Source: Nemertoderma westbladi (lineage: Eukaryota > Animalia > Xenacoelomorpha). From it: 64,000 bases of DNA. The DNA is taken from assembly GCA_032718475.1 (NCBI GenBank), contig JAUCBJ010000238.1:41647-105646 (forward strand). The letters run 5' to 3'. How positions within the stretch are numbered: position 1 is the stretch's first letter; each line of letters opens with the position of its first letter. Under the pieces are notes generated by a model. It did not search any database. It saw only the letters and a program-made list of their open reading frames with translations, and had not been told where the DNA came from. The translations under genes and the position numbers were made by a program. Shown here piece after piece: positions 1 to 12,580 of this stretch.

Positions 1-3000
1 TTGTTGATTTTGTAATCTGTTGTTTGTCTCTTTGTTGATTTTGTAATCTGTTGTTTGTCTCTTTGTTGATTTTGTAATCTGTTGTTTGTCTCTTTGTTGA
101 TTTTGTAATCTGTTGTTTGTCTCTCTGTTGACTTTGTAATCTGTTGTTTGTCTCTTTGTTGATTTTGTAATCTGTTGTTTGTCTCTTTGTTGACTTTGTA
201 ATCTGTTGTTTGTCTCTTTGTTGACTTTGTAATCTGTTGTTTGTCTCTTTGTTGATTTTGTAATCTGTTGTTTGTCTCTTTGTTGATTTTGTAATCTGTT
301 GTTTGTCTCTTTGTTGATTTTGTAATCTGTTGTTTGTCTCTTTGTTGATTTTGTAATCTGTTGTTTGTCTCTTTGTTGATTTTGTAATCTGTTGTTTGTC
401 TCTTTGTTGATTTTGTAATCTGTTGTTTGTCTCTTTGTTGATTTTGTAATCTGTTGTTTGTCTCTCTGTTGACTTTGTAATCTGTTGTTTGTCTCTTTGT
501 TGATTTTGTAATCTGTTGTTTGTCTCTTTGTTGACTTTGTAATCTGTTGTTTGTCTCTTTGTTGACTTTGTAATCTGTTGTTTGTCTCTTTGTTGATTTT
601 GTAATCTGTTGTTTGTCTCTTTGTTGACTTTGTAATCTGTTGTTTGTCTCTCTGTTGATTTTGTAATCTGTTGTTTGTCTCTTTGTTGACTTTGTAATCT
701 GTTGTTTGTCTCTCTGTTGATTTTGTAATCTGTTGTTTGTCTCTTTGTTGATTTTGTAATCTGTTGTTTGTCTCTTTGTTGACTTTGTAATCTGTTGTTT
801 GTCTCTTTGTTGACTTTGTAATCTGTTGTTTGTCTCTTTGTTGATTTTGTAATCTGTTGTTTGTCTCTTTGTTGACTTTGTAATCTGTTGTTTGTCTCTT
901 TGTTGACTTTGTAATCTGTTGTTTGTCTCTTTGTTGACTTTGTAATCTGTTGTTTGTCTCTTTGTTGATTTTGTAATCTGTTGTTTGTCTCTTTGTTGAC
1001 TTTGTAATCTGTTGTTTGTCTCTCTGTTGATTTTGTAATCTGTTGTTTGTCTCTTTGTTGACTTTGTAATCTGTTGTTTGTCTCTTTGTTGACTTTGTAA
1101 TCTGTTGTTTGTCTCTTTGTTGATTTTGTAATCTGTTGTTTGTCTCTTTGTTGATTTTGTAATCTGTTGTTTGTCTCTTTGTTGATTTTGTAATCTGTTG
1201 TTTGTCTCTTTGTTGATTTTGTAATCTGTTGTTTGTCTCTCTGTTGACTTTGTAATCTGTTGTTTGTCTCTTTGTTGATTTTGTAATCTGTTGTTTGTCT
1301 CTTTGTTGACTTTGTAATCTGTTGTTTGTCTCTTTGTTGACTTTGTAATCTGTTGTTTGTCTCTTTGTTGACTTTGTAATCTGTTGTTTGTCTCTTTGTT
1401 GACTTTGTAATCTGTTGTTTGTCTCTTTGTTGATTTTGTAATCTGTTGTTTGTCTCTTTGTTGACTTTGTAATCTGTTGTTTGTCTCTTTGTTGATTTTG
1501 TAATCTGTTGTTTGTCTCTTTGTTGATTTTGTAATCTGTTGTTTGTCTCTTTGTTGACTTTGTAATCTGTTGTTTGTCTCTTTGTTGACTTTGTAATCTT
1601 TTGTTTGTCTCTTTGTTGACTTTGTAATCTGTTGTTTGTCTCTTTGTTGACTTTGTAATCTGTTGTTTGTCTCTTTGTTGACTTTGTAATCTGTTGTTTG
1701 TCTCTTTGTTGACTTTGTAATCTGTTGTTTGTCTCTCTGTTGACTTTGTAATCTGTTGTTTGTCTCTTTGTTGACTTTGTAATCTGTTGTTTGTCTCTTT
1801 GTTGACTTTGTAATCTGTTGTTTGTCTCTCTGTTGACTTTGTAATCTGTTGTTTGTCTCTTTGTTGATTTTGTAATCTGTTGTTTGTCTCTTTGTTGACT
1901 TTGTAATCTGTTGTTTGTCTCTTTGTTGATTTTGTAATCTGTTGTTTGTCTCTTTGTTGACTTTGTAATCTGTTGTTTGTCTCTTTGTTGACTTTGTAAT
2001 CTGTTGTTTGTCTCTTTGTTGACTTTGTAATCTGTTGTTTGTCTCTCTGTTGACTTTGTAATCTGTTGTTTGTCTCTTTGTTGATTTTGTAATCTGTTGT
2101 TTGTCTCTTTGTTTATTTTGGTTTCTGTTGTTTGTCTCTTTGTTGACTTTGTAATCTGTTGTTTGTCTCTTTGTTGACTTTGTAATCTGTTGTTTGTCTC
2201 TTTGATGATTTTGTAATCTGTTGTTTGTCTCTTTGTTGATTTTGTAATCTGTTGTTTGTCTCTTTGTTGATTTTGTAATCTGTTGTTTGTCTCTTTGTTG
2301 ATTTTGTAATCTGTTGTTTGTCTCTCTGTTGACTTTGTAATCTGTTGTTTGTCTCTTTGTTGATTTTGTAATCTGTTGTTTGTCTCTTTGTTGACTTTGT
2401 AATCTGTTGTTTGTCTCTTTGTTGACTTTGTAATCTGTTGTTTGTCTCTTTGTTGACTTTGTAATCTTTTGTTTGTCTCTTTGTTGACTTTGTAATCTGT
2501 TGTTTGTCTCTTTGTTGATTTTGTAATCTGTTGTTTGTCTCTTTGTTGATTTTGTAATCTGTTGTTTGTCTCTTTGTTGACTTTGTAATCTGTTGTTTGT
2601 CTCTTTGTTGATTTTGTAATCTGTTGTTTGTCTCTTTGTTGATTTTGTAATCTGTTGTTTGTCTCTTTGTTGACTTTGTAATCTGTTGTTTGTCTCTTTG
2701 TTGACTTTGTAATCTGTTGTTTGTCTCTTTGTTGATTTTGTAATCTGTTGTTTGTCTCTTTGTTGATTTTGTAATCTGTTGTTTGTCTCTTTGTTGACTT
2801 TGTAATCTGTTGTTTGTCTCTTTGTTGACTTTGTAATCTTTTGTTTGTCTCTTTGTTGACTTTGTAATCTGTTGTTTGTCTCTTTGTTGCTTTTGTAATC
2901 TGTTGTTTGTCTCTTTGTTGATTTTGTAATCTGTTGTTTGTCTCTTTGTTGACTTTGTAATCTGTTGTTTGTCTCTTTGTTGATTTTGTAATCTGTTGTT

Positions 3001-6000
3001 TGTCTCTTTGTTGATTTTGTAATCTGTTGTTTGTCTCTTTGTTGACTTTGTAATCTGTTGTTTGTCTCTTTGTTGACTTTGTAATCTTTTGTTTGTCTCT
3101 TTGTTGACTTTGTAATCTGTTGTTTGTCTCTTTGTTGATTTTGTAATCTGTTGTTTGTCTCTTTGTTGACTTTGTAATCTGTTGTTTGTCTCTTTGTTGA
3201 TTTTGTAATCTGTTGTTTGTCTCTTTGTTGATTTTGTAATCTGTTGTTTGTCTCTTTGTTGACTTTGTAATCTGTTGTTTGTCTCTTTGTTGACTTTGTA
3301 ATCTGTTGTTTGTCTCTTTGTTGACTTTGTAATCTTTTGTTTGTCTCTTTGTTGACTTTGTAATCTGTTGTTTGTCTCTTTGTTGATTTTGTAATCTGTT
3401 GTTTGTCTCTTTGTTGATTTTGTAATCTGTTGTTTGTCTCTTTGTTGATTTTGTAATCTGTTGTTTGTCTCTTTGTTGACTTTGTAATCTGTTGTTTGTC
3501 TCTTTGTTGACTTTGTAATCTGTTGTTTGTCTCTTTGTTGATTTTGTAATCTGTTGTTTGTCTCTTTGTTGACTTTGTAATCTGTTGTTTGTCTCTTTGT
3601 TGATTTTGTAATCTGTTGTTTGTCTCTTTGTTGACTTTGTAATCTTTTGTTTGTCTCTTTGTTGACTTTGTAATCTGTTGTTTGTCTCTCTGTTGACTTT
3701 GTAATCTGTTGTTTGTCACTTTGTTGACTTTGTAATCTGTTGTTTGTCTCTTTGTTGACTTTGTAATCTGTTGTTTGTCTCTTTGTTGATTTTGTAATCT
3801 GTTGTTTGTCTCTTTGTTGACTTTGTAATCTGTTGTTTGTCTCTTTGTTGACTTTGTAATCTGTTGTTTGTCTCTTTGTTGACTTTGTAATCTGTTGTTT
3901 GTCTCTCTGTTGACTTTGTAATCTGTTGTTTGTCTCTTTGTTGATTTTGTAATCTGTTGTTTGTCTCTTTGTTTATTTTGGTTTCTGTTGTTTGTCTCTT
4001 TGTTGACTTTGTAATCTGTTGTTTGTCTCTTTGTTGACTTTGTAATCTGTTGTTTGTCTCTTTGATGATTTTGTAATCTGTTGTTTGTCTCTTTGTTGAT
4101 TTTGTAATCTGTTGTTTGTCTCTTTGTTGATTTTGTAATCTGTTGTTTGTCTCTTTGTTGATTTTGTAATCTGTTGTTTGTCTCTCTGTTGACTTTGTAA
4201 TCTGTTGTTTGTCTCTTTGTTGATTTTGTAATCTGTTGTTTGTCTCTTTGTTGACTTTGTAATCTGTTGTTTGTCTCTTTGTTGACTTTGTAATCTGTTG
4301 TTTGTCTCTTTGTTGACTTTGTAATCTTTTGTTTGTCTCTTTGTTGACTTTGTAATCTGTTGTTTGTCTCTTTGTTGATTTTGTAATCTGTTGTTTGTCT
4401 CTTTGTTGATTTTGTAATCTGTTGTTTGTCTCTTTGTTGACTTTGTAATCTGTTGTTTGTCTCTTTGTTGATTTTGTAATCTGTTGTTTGTCTCTTTGTT
4501 GATTTTGTAATCTGTTGTTTGTCTCTTTGTTGACTTTGTAATCTGTTGTTTGTCTCTTTGTTGACTTTGTAATCTGTTGTTTGTCTCTTTGTTGATTTTG
4601 TAATCTGTTGTTTGTCTCTTTGTTGATTTTGTAATCTGTTGTTTGTCTCTTTGTTGACTTTGTAATCTGTTGTTTGTCTCTTTGTTGACTTTGTAATCTT
4701 TTGTTTGTCTCTTTGTTGACTTTGTAATCTGTTGTTTGTCTCTTTGTTGCTTTTGTAATCTGTTGTTTGTCTCTTTGTTGATTTTGTAATCTGTTGTTTG
4801 TCTCTTTGTTGACTTTGTAATCTGTTGTTTGTCTCTTTGTTGATTTTGTAATCTGTTGTTTGTCTCTTTGTTGATTTTGTAATCTGTTGTTTGTCTCTTT
4901 GTTGACTTTGTAATCTGTTGTTTGTCTCTTTGTTGACTTTGTAATCTGTTGTTTGTCTCTTTGTTGACTTTGTAATCTTTTGTTTGTCTCTTTGTTGACT
5001 TTGTAATCTGTTGTTTGTCTCTTTGTTGATTTTGTAATCTGTTGTTTGTCTCTTTGTTGACTTTGTAATCTGTTGTTTGTCTCTTTGTTGATTTTGTAAT
5101 CTGTTGTTTGTCTCTTTGTTGATTTTGTAATCTGTTGTTTGTCTCTTTGTTGACTTTGTAATCTGTTGTTTGTCTCTTTGTTGACTTTGTAATCTGTTGT
5201 TTGTCTCTTTGTTGACTTTGTAATCTTTTGTTTGTCTCTTTGTTGACTTTGTAATCTGTTGTTTGTCTCTTTGTTGATTTTGTAATCTGTTGTTTGTCTC
5301 TTTGTTGATTTTGTAATCTGTTGTTTGTCTCTTTGTTGATTTTGTAATCTGTTGTTTGTCTCTTTGTTGACTTTGTAATCTGTTGTTTGTCTCTTTGTTG
5401 ACTTTGTAATCTGTTGTTTGTCTCTTTGTTGATTTTGTAATCTGTTGTTTGTCTCTTTGTTGACTTTGTAATCTGTTGTTTGTCTCTTTGTTGATTTTGT
5501 AATCTGTTGTTTGTCTCTTTGTTGACTTTGTAATCTTTTGTTTGTCTCTTTGTTGACTTTGTAATCTGTTGTTTGTCTCTCTGTTGACTTTGTAATCTGT
5601 TGTTTGTCACTTTGTTGACTTTGTAATCTGTTGTTTGTCTCTTTGTTGACTTTGTAATCTGTTGTTTGTCTCTTTGTTGATTTTGTAATCTGTTGTTTGT
5701 CTCTTTGTTGACTTTGTAATCTGTTGTTTGTCTCTTTGTTGATTTTGTAATCTGTTGTTTGTCTCTTTGTTGACTTTGTAATCTTTTGTTTGTCTCTTTG
5801 TTGACTTTGTAATCTGTTGTTTGTCTCTTTGTTGATTTTGTAATCTGTTGTTTGTCTCTTTGTTGACTTTGTAATCTGTTGTTTGTCTCTTTGTTGACTT
5901 TGTAATCTGTTGTTTGTCTCTTTGTTGACTTTGTAATCTTTTGTTTGTCTCTTTGTTGACTTTGTAATCTGTTGTTTGTCTCTTTGTTGATTTTGTAATC

Positions 6001-9000
6001 TGTTGTTTGTCTCTTTGTTGACTTTGTAATCTGTTGTTTGTCTCTTTGTTGACTTTGTAATCTGTTGTTTGTCTCTTTGTTGATTTTGTAATCTGTTGTT
6101 TGTCTCTTTGTTGACTTTGTAATCTGTTGTTTGTCTCTTTGTTGATTTTGTAATCTGTTGTTTGTCTCTTTGTTGATTTTGTAATCTGTTGTTTGTCTCT
6201 TTGTTGACTTTGTAATCTGTTGTTTGTCTCTTTGTTGATTTTGTAATCTGTTGTTTGTCTTTTTGTTGATTTTGTAATCTGTTGTTTGTCTCTCTGTTGA
6301 CTTTGTAATCTGTTGTTTGTCTCTTTGTTGACTTTGTAATCTGTTGTTTGTCTCTTTGTTGATTTTGTAATCTGTTGTTTGTCTCTTTGTTGACTTTGTA
6401 ATCTGTTGTTTGTCTCTTTGTTGACTTTGTAATCTGTTGTTTGTCTCTTTGTTGACTTTGTAATCTGTTGTTTGTCTCTCTGTTGACTTTGTAATCTGTT
6501 GTTTGTCTCTTTGTTGACTTTGTAATCTGTTGTTTGTCTCTTTGTTGACTTTGTAATCTGTTGTTTGTCTCTTTGTTGACTTTGTAATCTGTTGATTGTC
6601 TCTTTGTTGATTTTGTAATCTGTTGTTTGTCTCTTTGTTGATTTTGTAATCTGTTGTTTGTCTCTTTGTTGACTTTGTAATCTGTTGTTTGTCTCTTTGT
6701 TGACTTTGTAATCTGTTGTTTGTCTCTTTGTTGATTTTGTAATCTGTTGTTTGTCTCTTTGTTGATTTTGTAATCTGTTGTTTGTCTCTTTGTTGACTTT
6801 GTAATCTGTTGTTTGTCTCTTTGTTTATTTTGGTTTCTGTTGTTTGTCTCTTTGTTGACTTTGTAATCTGTTGTTTGTCTCTTTGTTGACTTTGTAATCT
6901 GTTGTTTGTCTCTTTGTTGATTTTGTAATCTGTTGTTTGTCTCTTTGTTGATTTTGTAATCTGTTGTTCGTCTCTTTGTTGATTTTGTAATCTGTTGTTT
7001 GTCTCTTTGTGGATTTTGTAATCTGTTGTTTGTCTCTCTGTTGACTTTGTAATCTGTTGTTTGTCTCTTTGTGGATTTTGTAATCTGTTGTTTGTCTCTC
7101 TGTTGACTTTGTAATCTGTTGTTTGTCTCTTTGTTGACTTTGTAATCTGTTGTTTGTCTCTTTGTTGACTTTGTAATCTGTTGTTTGTCTCTCTGTTGAC
7201 TTTGTAATCTGTTGTTTGTCTCTTTGTGGATTTTGTAATCTGTTGTTTGTCTCTCTGTTGACTTTGTAATCTGTTGTTTGTCTCTTTGTTGACTTTGTAA
7301 TCTGTTGTTCGTCTCTTTGTGGATTTTGTAATCTGTTGTTTGTCTCTCTGTTGACTTTGTAATCTGTTGTTTGTCTCTTTGTTGACTTTGTAATCTGTTG
7401 TTTGTCTCTTTGTTGACTTTGTAATCTGTTGTTTGTCTCTCTGTTGACTTTGTAATCTGTTGTTTGTCTCTTTGTGGATTTTGTAATCTGTTGTTTGTCT
7501 CTTTGTTGACTTTGTAATCTGTTGTTTGTCTCTTTGTTGATTTTGTAATCTGTTGTTTGTCTCTTTGTTGACTTTGTAATCTGTTGTTTGTCTCTTTGTT
7601 GACTTTGTAATCTGTTGTTTGTCTCTTTGTTGACTTTGTAATCTGTTGTTTGTCTCTCTGTTGACTTTGTAATCTGTTGTTTGTCTCTTTGTTGATTTTG
7701 TAATCTGTTGTTTGTCTCTTTGTTGACTTTGTAATCTGTTGTTTGTCTCTTTGTTGACTTTGTAATCTGTTGTTTGTCTCTTTGTTGACTTTGTAATCTG
7801 TTGTTTGTCTCTTTGTTGATTTTGTAATCTGTTGTTTGTCTCTTTGTGGATTTTGTAATCTGTTGTTTGTCTCTCTGTTGACTTTGTAATCTGTTGTTTG
7901 TCTCTTTGTTGACTTTGTAATCTGTTGTTTGTCTCTTTGTTGATTTTGTAATCTGTTGTTCGTCTCTTTGTTGATTTTGTAATCTGTTGTTTGTCTCTTT
8001 GTGGATTTTGTAATCTGTTGTTTGTCTCTCTGTTGACTTTGTAATCTGTTGTTTGTCTCTTTGTGGATTTTGTAATCTGTTGTTTGTCTCTCTGTTGACT
8101 TTGTAATCTGTTGTTTGTCTCTCTGTTGACTTTGTAATCTGTTGTTTGTCTCTCTGTTGACTTTGTAATCTGTTGTTTGTCTCTTTGTTGATTTTGTAAT
8201 CTGTTGTTCGTCTCTTTGTTGATTTTGTAATCTGTTGTTTGTCTCTTTGTTGACTTTGTAATCTGTTGTTTGTCTCTCTGTTGACTTTGTAATCTGTTGT
8301 TTGTCTCTCTGTTGACTTTGTAATCTGTTGTTTGTCTCTTTGTTGACTTTGTAATCTGTTGTTTGTCTCTTTGTTGATTTTGTAATCTGTTGTTTGTCTC
8401 TTTGTTGACTTTGTAATCTGTTGTTTGTCTCTTTGTGGATTTTGTAATCTGTTGTTTGTCTCTCTGTTGACTTTGTAATCTGTTGTTTGTCTCTTTGTTG
8501 ATTTTGTAATCTGTTGTTCGTCTCTTTGTTGATTTTGTAATCTGTTGTTTGTCTCTTTGTTTATTTTGGTTTCTGTTGTTTGTCTCTTTGTTGACTTTGT
8601 AATCTGTTGTTTGTCTCTTTGTTGACTTTGTAATCTGTTGTTTGTCTCTCTGTTGACTTTGTAATCTGTTGTTTGTCTCTCTGTTGACTTTGTAATCTGT
8701 TGTTTGTCTCTTTGTTGACTTTGTAATCTGTTGTTTGTCTCTTTGTTGATTTTGTAATCTGTTGTTTGTCTCTTTGTTGACTTTGTAATCTGTTGTTTGT
8801 CTCTTTGTGGATTTTGTAATCTGTTGTTTGTCTCTCTGTTGACTTTGTAATCTGTTGTTTGTCTCTTTGTTGATTTTGTAATCTGTTGTTTGTCTCTCTG
8901 TTGACTTTGTAATCTGTTGTTTGTCTCTTTGTTGACTTTGTAATCTGTTGTTTGTCTCTTTGTTGACTTTGTAATCTGTTGTTTGTCTCTTTGTTGACTT

Positions 9001-9810
9001 TGTAATCTGTTGTTTGTCTCTTTGTTGATTTTGTAATCTGTTGTTTGTCTCTTTGTTGACTTTGTAATCTGTTGTTTGTCTCTCTGTTGACTTTGTAATC
9101 TGTTGTTTGTCTCTCTGTTGACTTTGTAATCTGTTGTTTGTCTCTTTGTTGACTTTGTAATCTGTTGTTTGTCTCTTTGTTGATTTTGTAATCTGTTGTT
9201 TGTCTCTTTGTTGACTTTGTAATCTGTTGTTTGTCTCTTTGTGGATTTTGTAATCTGTTGTTTGTCTCTCTGTTGACTTTGTAATCTGTTGTTTGTCTCT
9301 TTGTTGATTTTGTAATCTGTTGTTTGTCTCTCTGTTGACTTTGTAATCTGTTGTTTGTCTCTTTGTTGACTTTGTAATCTGTTGTTTGTCTCTTTGTGGA
9401 TTTTGTAATCTGTTGTTTGTCTCTCTGTTGATTTTGTAATCTGTTGTTTGTCTCTCTGTTGACTTTGTAATCTGTTGTTTGTCTCTTTGTTGACTTTGTA
9501 ATCTGTTGTTTGTCTCTTTGTTGATTTTGTAATCTGTTGTTTGTCTCTTTGTTGACTTTGTAATCTGTTGTTTGTCTCTCTGTTGACTTTGTAATCTGTT
9601 GTTTGTCTCTTTGTTGATTTTGTAATCTGTTGTTTGTCTCTTTGTGGATTTTGTAATCTGTTGTTTGTCTCTTTGTGGATTTTGTAATCTGTTGTTTGTC
9701 TCTTTGTTGACTTTGTAATCTGTTGTTTGTCTCTCTGTTGACTTTGTAATCTGTTGTTTGTCTCTTTGTTGATTTTGTAATCTGTTGTTTGTCTCTTTGT
9801 TGATTTTGTA
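1..9810. repeat. 31-bp tandem satellite array (consensus TTGTTGAYTTTGTAATCTGTTGTTTGTCTCT), running off the left edge of the window
   Basis: The monomer recurs at 1, 32, 63 and onward. The minus-strand ORFs have a 31-aa periodicity (3 x 31 nt). The array ends at TGATTTTGTA 9810. Confidence 0.99.
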
Positions 9811-10212
9811 TATTATATGTCACAGAAACTGCACAAATTAAATTAGGGGGGCCTACAGTAGTTGCTGTAGTTGCTAATAATGGTAATTTAGTAATTTAGC
9901 AACCACCGATGGTGGTGGCATCGCTAACATTGCACTGTAGATGATCTTTAATAGAAATTGCACTTTTTATTGTTACCGTCGTCGTCCAATTTAAGACAGT
10001 TTATAAGAATATTAAGTTATAATATTGGTAGGCCTAATTTGCTAATTACAGTAGGCCTATATATACAAGGCTCCCTAGCTATCTCTATGTTAGCCGCATT
10101 AAGCGATAATTCAGCAATAAGATTGGCGAAATAAATATTTTAATTTTAATGATTTAATTTTAAAGCGGTTTGTGTTTTAATTTTATACGTGTAACATTGG
10201 GTGATGTATTTT

Positions 10213-10815
10213 TTACGGTAAAATTATGTTCCTCGAATTAAAGGCCCTATAAATAAAAGCTAAATTTTTAATTTTGGTAGATTTGGATAAACTGATTAAT
10301 GAACGGAGTTTGTATTCTGAGGGGTGAAACCAATAGAAACGATAAATTAAAGTCTTCCGAAGTTCACTATAGGCATGACAAACAAGGACAAAATGCAATT
10401 CACCATCTACTCCCCCCAAATGATAGACCCTACAAATTCTATTCTCCGGTGCAACTCCTTCCCAACGCCCAACTTCAATCTGGAGGCGGTGGATTGAACA
10501 CCATAAACGCGCCAATTCTAACTTGAGGTTTATACTATTGCAAAGTGAGTTCAGGTAGATCTCTCTGCCAAATACGTCATTAACGTAGAGCTTACCCTTA
10601 GACGAGTTGCGAATTCTGCCGCGCCAATCCTGAATAAATTGGTCACGAAGGATTGTCATAACTTCTTTCAGGAAACTTTCATTATTATCAATATTCTGGG
10701 AGTTCCACGCCCAAGAGAGACCTAAATCATTGAGACAACTTCTAACTTGTGTGACCCAACTTACAGACGAGGGAGGGCGATGACACTGATCTATCCAAAA
10801 GTTCAAGATAAACAC
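10213..10815 (-). mobile_element. 3' fragment of a non-LTR retrotransposon ORF2 (RTE-X-like C-terminus), decayed
   Basis: The translation LARLWCSIHRLQIEVGRW...ENRICRVY...ELHFVLVCHAYSELRK matches the degenerate C-terminal CCHC-type motif of these LINEs. The clade assignment is from memory. Confidence 0.7.
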
Positions 10816-10943
10816 ATTTGCTTAATCGAGTATCAGGGAGGCCGATTAAGCGAGATTAAGCTACATGAACTACATCGTCGGCGTATAGAAGTAGCAATAA
10901 CTGAAAGTAGCCAAAATGCAACCCCGATCCGAGTTCTGCTTGT

Positions 10944-11230
10944 GTGGTAGCTGCCAAAATATACAACAAAATGATTCTATATAGAATTAGACCTCACGTA
11001 GAGAAACTGCTGCGTAAGAGCCAAAACGGATTTCGACCAAATAGATCAACAATAGCTCAGATACTTGCGCTACGGAGACTGATTGAAGGAATTATGTCAA
11101 AGAATCTCCCCGCTAGTCATGACTTTTGTGGACTTCAAGAAAGCATTCGACTCCATCCATAGAGGTAAAATGCTTGAAATCCTAAGAGCTTATGGAATAC
11201 CAGAGGTAATTGTGGCTGGCATTGGATACT
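10944..11230 (+). mobile_element. RTE-like LINE reverse transcriptase fragment (frameshifted)
   Basis: AAKIYNKMIL..RIRPHVEKLLRKSQNGFRPNRSTIAQILALRRLIE is followed in a shifted frame by FVDFKKAFDSIHRGKMLEILRAYGIP, which are non-LTR RT motifs. Confidence 0.9.
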
Positions 11231-12298
11231 GCCGAGGTATGTCCGGCTACATCCCCCCCCCCCCACTGCCGAAGTATGTACATTACGACTTACCCCTCCC
11301 CCACTCTCGAGGTAGTCCGACTACCCCCCCTCCACCCCACTACCAATGTTGTTTGAATGTTGTTGATATAACAAAACGAGAAACCTGTTTTATTGACTTT
11401 CGTTTATTGTTTGGAATAACGTTCCACTGTAAACTGCTCCTTTCCCTAAATTGAATTTAGCATTGTGACGAAATATTATTCATTCATCGATATGGGATTC
11501 GCATCAACCCCGCCCCCCCCCCCCCCGTCTCTAATTGAGATATTTTTGATATATGAAGTAATTCTTGCAATTAACTTATTCCAATCATAATTTATATTTC
11601 ACATTTATATATATATCAAGTAAATATCATTGGGCAGATGCAAAACAACAACTTAAGAAGTATCTCAGTTATTTCTCCATAAAATCATTATTTTTTATTT
11701 TTTTTACAGTTTGTAATCCTTACGGCGTTTACTTTCTAGAGGTATAAACAATTATCTTGGGTCATTCGTAGCAAACTGAATAAACAAGAGTCATAAGTAT
11801 TAAAGTACCTCATTTAGTTCCATTACGCCAACATATCGGGGTTCACTACGTAATCACTCTAATTATGCGAATATTTAGGAATAAATCCATTTATGTACAA
11901 AAAACAATCGTACACCTTATCATACAGTATAGCCTATTATACATGCTAAAGCAATGGAGAATGTAACAAAATACTTTATAGCGTTACATATATACATAAT
12001 GCTTCATACGCACAAAACGAATTCCGTAGATCAAACATTTTCCAATATTCTCTGCTACAATGCTATAATTCTCAAAGGAACATAAATCTTATTGACGGTA
12101 GACGACAGTATGTTCTCGGATTTTATGTTCGCGGACTTTATGTTCCCATATTTATTTTCTTCTTATCAATTAAACGGACTGTAGGTTCCCGTCAATTCGG
12201 ACATTGTGTTCCCATTACTGCTTTTGGTAAATGGGTATTTAAAGTGGTCATCATCACAACTCCATTGAATAACACAAACTGATTCCAGTTTGTTACCG

Positions 12299-12580
12299 CT
12301 GTAATTTTGCTCATTAATTATAACTAATTAAGATTTATAAGCGCAACTGCGCAACTGAAGGGTTCTGGGTTAAATAATACAGTTATTGTTCATGAGTTTG
12401 AGTTACATTACATTACATACAAAGGAATTTAACCCATTATAACTGTAATTTTGCTCATTAATTATAACTAATTAAGATTTATACAGCGCAACTGCGCAAC
12501 TGAAGGGTTCTGGGGGTTAAATAATACAGTTATTGTTCATGAGTTTGAGTTACACTTACATTACATACAAAGGAATTTAA
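12299..12580. repeat. Tandem duplication of about 140 bp
   Basis: CTGTAATTTTGCTCATTAATTATAAC...CATACAAAGGAATTTAAC occurs at about 12299 and 12443 with small indels. Confidence 0.9.

Noticed and set aside
3973-9823. 545-aa and 420-aa minus-strand ORFs
   Set aside because: They are translations of the 31-bp satellite, start at GTG rather than ATG, and show no codon-phase constraint.
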